64,000 nt of DNA from a virus. The stretch covers positions 32,933 through 96,932 of the IMG/VR virus record IMGVR_UViG_3300032753_002463; one strand, given 5' to 3'. The position numbers and the translations under genes are program-made. Below the pieces are notes generated by a model that searched no databases, had not been told where the DNA came from, and worked only from the letters and a program-made list of their open reading frames with translations. Below, piece after piece: positions 60,457 to 64,000 of the stretch (within the stretch, counting starts at the first letter, position 1; every line of letters begins with the position of its first letter).

Positions 60457-61149
60457 TTAGAAGCTAAGTTTATGAAAACATTCAACAACAGCTTTCACAT
60501 CCTTTTCACAATATATTTTAATTTTTTCTATGGATCCTTTATAAAAAGCTTCGTGAACTTGGGACCCCTCCATATCTCCTTTAGGAGATTCTACTCCTAG
60601 AACAGTACACATTAAATCGAGAGAAGTATGAGCTTGGCCATATGCTCCAAAACTAAAAGTATCTGTTATATCAAGTGTTGTCATTTCCCAAGGCTTCTTA
60701 TTGTAGAAGTTAATTAATTCAGGAGGCTGTATATGATTAATAACCATTCTTTTACCTAGAAATGGGATATCAAAGTTTTTAATTGTATGTCCTGCTAGCC
60801 TCAAATTTTGAGAAGCGGCATTACCAAAAATAATTCTGGTTTTTTTCAGGATATCCGTTTCATCTCCGATTAAACTGGTTATGTTTAAATTTTCCTTATT
60901 GTATGCTCCAATAGAAACACAAACAATCTTAGCAAATTCTGGATGAAGCGAAGATTTTTCTAACCAGAGCTGGGAATCAGTTGGTTCAAATAATTGTGCG
61001 GGTGAATTTTGTCTTAGCCACTTACATCTTTTTGACCAAAGTTCTGCTAACTTCGGATTTTTTGACACTAATTCCTCGAATGTTGCATATAGCCCCACAG
61101 ATTCAACATCGAAGAATAGGCTCTTCAATAAAACTTCTTTTGGTATCAT
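60457..61149 (-). CDS. PolB-related DEDDy 3'-5' exonuclease
   Basis: FFDVES, LHPEF.KIVC.S, GH.IKNFDIPFL, YCEKDV. Confidence 0.88.
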   Translation of the reverse strand: MIPKEVLLKSLFFDVESVGLYATFEELVSKNPKLAELWSKRCKWLRQNSPAQLFEPTDSQLWLEKSSLHPEFAKIVCVSIGAYNKENLNITSLIGDETDILKKTRIIFGNAASQNLRLAGHTIKNFDIPFLGKRMVINHIQPPELINFYNKKPWEMTTLDITDTFSFGAYGQAHTSLDLMCTVLGVESPKGDMEGSQVHEAFYKGSIEKIKIYCEKDVKAVVECFHKLSF

Positions 61150-61167
61150 AAATTAATTTTTACTTGA

Positions 61168-61539
61168 TTAGAATCCTTTACCTTTGTACATTGCATTAGA
61201 GAATCGAGCAGCTACTGCCCAATCATATTCATCCAATACATATTCATTAAATTCACCCTGAGAAAGCTCAACCTCGTCTTTTATCTCCCATTCAAAGGTT
61301 TGGATAATTTTATCGTATTCTGTTTCACGATTAACAGGAGTGGTAAGTTGTATTCGAATATCCAATTCACCCTTATCCAGCCTTTTCTTTTGCTCTGCTA
61401 ATTGTTTTTTAGCCTCCGCACGATAGGCAGCTTCTGCTTCAAGATAATCTGCTTTATGTTTTTCTTTGTTTTCCCTAATTTTAGCAATTAGTTCTGATTT
61501 CTTTACATTAATAATGCGGGAATTAGTGTTACCTCTCAT
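61168..61539 (-). CDS. Hypothetical protein
   Basis: 123-aa ORF downstream of a TAnnTTTG promoter. Confidence 0.7.
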   Translation of the reverse strand: MRGNTNSRIINVKKSELIAKIRENKEKHKADYLEAEAAYRAEAKKQLAEQKKRLDKGELDIRIQLTTPVNRETEYDKIIQTFEWEIKDEVELSQGEFNEYVLDEYDWAVAARFSNAMYKGKGF

Positions 61540-61575
61540 TTGTAAATATTTAGTTGTTATAACTTCTTATATTTA

Positions 61576-61583
61576 CAAATGTA
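61576..61583 (-). promoter_or_regulatory. Bacteroidota-type -7 promoter element (TAnnTTTG)
   Basis: TACATTTG(TA) upstream of the 61539 ATG. Confidence 0.6.
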
Positions 61584-61631
61584 ATGAAAAGTTTTTGAAT
61601 AAAAAAATAAAGTTTAAACTATTTTTAATGA

Positions 61632-62411
61632 TTATTTAGGATCTGGTAATTTATTATCAAAAACAATATCTAATTGTAATCCAAAGGGAGAAGTTTCTCC
61701 AGAAATATCAGGAGCTTCTGTTCCATCTGGTAAATAAATAAATACTGGATTTACTTTCCTATTCCATGTAGAAGCAGCAAGAAATAACGATTCATTAAGT
61801 GTTAGATTGCCTTGGTTTGTTGGGTATGAGATTGATCTAAAAACTATTGGTATCCTTAATTTGTAAAAAATACCAGGAAGTAGATCCTTTACTGAAAAAA
61901 GGCTTGGCTTATCATCATTAATAACTGCTATCCTAGAAATTTCATCTGCTGTAAAATTACTTTCCAGTACTGAGCAAAAAACCTCCATTGTAGTTTTCCT
62001 ATCACCCTTTGCTCCCCCAATATGAACTATTACTGGAGATTCTTGATCTATATCAGTAATACGTTGAGAAAAAGAGATACATTTTTTTAATTCGTCAATA
62101 GCTATAACTACATCTTCAGGGGTATCTGAGGTCAATGATTTTTTAGATTTAATATAAAAACCAACACGAGTGTCTTTATCTGAGATTAGTTTTTTAAGAG
62201 AACCAATATCAGGATAATTAGAGAAATCCAAAATAGAGAAATCCTCCTCCATTAATTCAAATATAAAACATCTATACCCTAAAGATTTTCCTTCCTTTAT
62301 TTTTTGGTAACAAAAATCAGAAAAATTAATCATAAAGCTTCCGCTCTTTTTCCCTTTTGGAGAAAAGGGAAATCTTAATGTTATTCCATTTCTAATATTT
62401 TCTTTAATCAT
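61632..62411 (-). CDS. Degenerate UV-damage endonuclease (UvsE/UVDE)-like TIM barrel
   Basis: VHIGG..G..K.T...F, RIAVINDDKPSLFSVKDL, IPIVF; metal ligands missing. Confidence 0.65.
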   Translation of the reverse strand: MIKENIRNGITLRFPFSPKGKKSGSFMINFSDFCYQKIKEGKSLGYRCFIFELMEEDFSILDFSNYPDIGSLKKLISDKDTRVGFYIKSKKSLTSDTPEDVVIAIDELKKCISFSQRITDIDQESPVIVHIGGAKGDRKTTMEVFCSVLESNFTADEISRIAVINDDKPSLFSVKDLLPGIFYKLRIPIVFRSISYPTNQGNLTLNESLFLAASTWNRKVNPVFIYLPDGTEAPDISGETSPFGLQLDIVFDNKLPDPK

Positions 62412-62413
62412 AT

Positions 62414-63127
62414 CTAAAAATTATTAAAATCCTCGTGACTCATATAAGGCCAGCTAGTTACTCTACTAATATTAGAAAGATTTGCTACCTTTACTCCCTT
62501 AGATAATAGGGCGGCAGCTAATTTTCTATATTCTTCATTAACAGCGTCATATCTGGAAGTTAAAAGATGATCCCCAGTCTTATCAAAAAAATGGTCTGGC
62601 GTTAAATCAATTCCTATTAATCCGATCTTTGTTGCCCCCAATTGATATGCTATTATCACTGCCATATAAGGCGAATTTGTTGTGTAATCAATTTCCCCAA
62701 TGTTATCTATTCCAGCTCCGTCGCGTGTGCCTAGATCAAAGTAAACAGTTGCTTCGTGCTTCACCGGTGAAAGATTTCTAAGATGTGTAAAAAAATATTC
62801 GGATGTATGGTTTTGTACCCATTCAAACCTACCCCTTTTAAATGTATGAGGTTCATTTACACAAATTAGATATTTTGTCTGTAGTTTACGATTTATATCA
62901 TTTACTCCAAAGAGAATGCTTTTGCCGTCGGGTGTAAAGTTATTTATGGAGGTACCACATCCACAAATAATAAAGGTCTTATCTTTTTCAGAGCCAACTA
63001 AACTTTTATACCTGCCTAGATCATTATGTTCCATTTTACTTTTAAATAATGCGTTAGATTTAATAGGTACCTGCTTTTGTGGGAGCTTTCCTGAAACCCC
63101 TAATGTTCTTCGTAAACGATTTATCAT
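62414..63127 (-). CDS. Maf/DUF115-like (sialyltransferase-related fold) putative glycosyltransferase
   Basis: FIICGCGTS, FGVN, NS.Y.A..IAY.LGA.KI.L.G.D...HF. Confidence 0.6.
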   Translation of the reverse strand: MINRLRRTLGVSGKLPQKQVPIKSNALFKSKMEHNDLGRYKSLVGSEKDKTFIICGCGTSINNFTPDGKSILFGVNDINRKLQTKYLICVNEPHTFKRGRFEWVQNHTSEYFFTHLRNLSPVKHEATVYFDLGTRDGAGIDNIGEIDYTTNSPYMAVIIAYQLGATKIGLIGIDLTPDHFFDKTGDHLLTSRYDAVNEEYRKLAAALLSKGVKVANLSNISRVTSWPYMSHEDFNNF

Positions 63128-63999
63128 TTTAAAATACCATCAATGGTTTTTTGGTTTGTATCTAAGCTCTCCCCATATGAGCATTTATGCCTACCTAGAA
63201 AATTTGATACTATTATTTTATAGGGTGAAATGTAGCCTTTGTTTCTTAATAATCTTGCAGCAACAAGATCACAGATAACTTCTATGTTGTCTGTGATCTT
63301 GTCCTTTATCATATTGTGTGCAGACTCATGAGCTTCTATAGTAATTAAATGATCGTCGGTTAAGCTTTGGAAATCTGGATTTGTTGAATCAATATAGATG
63401 GTTCTTGTTTTAGTATCCATATAAGCAATTCCCAACTTTTTGAAATTTTCCTGATGTATCTGTGCATGTGGGTCATCATGGGAAACTACGGAAATTGTTA
63501 ATGAATTATCTAATATCCCCTTTCTTGTCGAAGTTTTACCATTATTTGTTAGTAATATGTCATTTTTATGAATTTTTGATTCTAATTTACCCCACACTAA
63601 TCCTCCATGATTATATTTCATATTCAATGCCATTTTCTCCTTATTAGTATCAACTGTTGTTCCCCTAGAAGCATTCCAAAATCCTGCTCTTTGTACTAGC
63701 TCCATAGAAGATGGTATTATGGGGAATACCTTGTTAGTTTTATCACTCTTTAGTTTAAAGTGATATTCAGTAGCATCCTCATTTCTGATCATCGAAATAA
63801 CCCTACCCTGAACAGAAATTTCAGATCCCTTAATTTTAGCTTTAACTAAATCCCCGATGGTAAATTCCTGCCCTTTTATATACTGGGATGGAATTACATC
63901 ACGTCCTTTAGAAATAGAAAGATCGTCATAAGGCTTATATTGGACCTTAAAAATACCATTAGATGAATTATATCCATCCCCCGAAAATGATTGAGCAAA
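63124..63999 (-). CDS. Partial ORF (starts beyond window) with C-terminal HExxH metallopeptidase motif
   Basis: Frame stays open from 63792 to the window end (FAQSFSGDGYNSSNGIFKVQYKP...VISMIRNE); AHESAH...E..CD..A. Confidence 0.7.
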   Translation of the reverse strand, partial: FAQSFSGDGYNSSNGIFKVQYKPYDDLSISKGRDVIPSQYIKGQEFTIGDLVKAKIKGSEISVQGRVISMIRNEDATEYHFKLKSDKTNKVFPIIPSSMELVQRAGFWNASRGTTVDTNKEKMALNMKYNHGGLVWGKLESKIHKNDILLTNNGKTSTRKGILDNSLTISVVSHDDPHAQIHQENFKKLGIAYMDTKTRTIYIDSTNPDFQSLTDDHLITIEAHESAHNMIKDKITDNIEVICDLVAARLLRNKGYISPYKIIVSNFLGRHKCSYGESLDTNQKTIDGILK

Positions 64000-64000
64000 A

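Noticed and set aside
63124-63792. ORF track start at 63792
   Set aside because: The frame remains open to the window end, so this ATG is probably internal

Overview
AT-rich, densely coding 64-kb segment of a very large tailed myophage (jumbo/mega-phage with T4-like structural homologues), read in the standard genetic code. It carries baseplate/neck genes (gp25-, gp6-, gp53-, gp5-, gp13-like, plus a 2530-aa wedge/adhesin), a gp21 protease-scaffold fusion and a gp23-like major capsid protein. There is a ~13.7-kb block of 17 sugar-biosynthesis/glycosyltransferase genes (KdsA, KdsD, Gmd, DegT, FabH, PhyH, GT2/10/11/25/77-like), two free-standing GIY-YIG endonucleases, PhoH, and an AsnB-like gene next to a nucleotide kinase. 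TAnnTTTG promoters, an A|Q signal peptide and Reg_prop/SBBP domains point to a Bacteroidota host. The most notable patterns are: (i) a possible translation-takeover set (bS1 homologue, RimK-RimB fusion, a protein with an EF-Ts-like N-terminal motif directly behind the capsid gene, a minimal kinase); (ii) a recurring T4-capsid-targeting-like peptide that marks about 10 proteins as candidate head-packaged or injected cargo; (iii) a GATATATA late-promoter-like motif, sometimes only 4-6 nt before the ATG; (iv) several apparently catalytically dead enzyme homologues. All calls come from reading motifs by eye; no database search was run.
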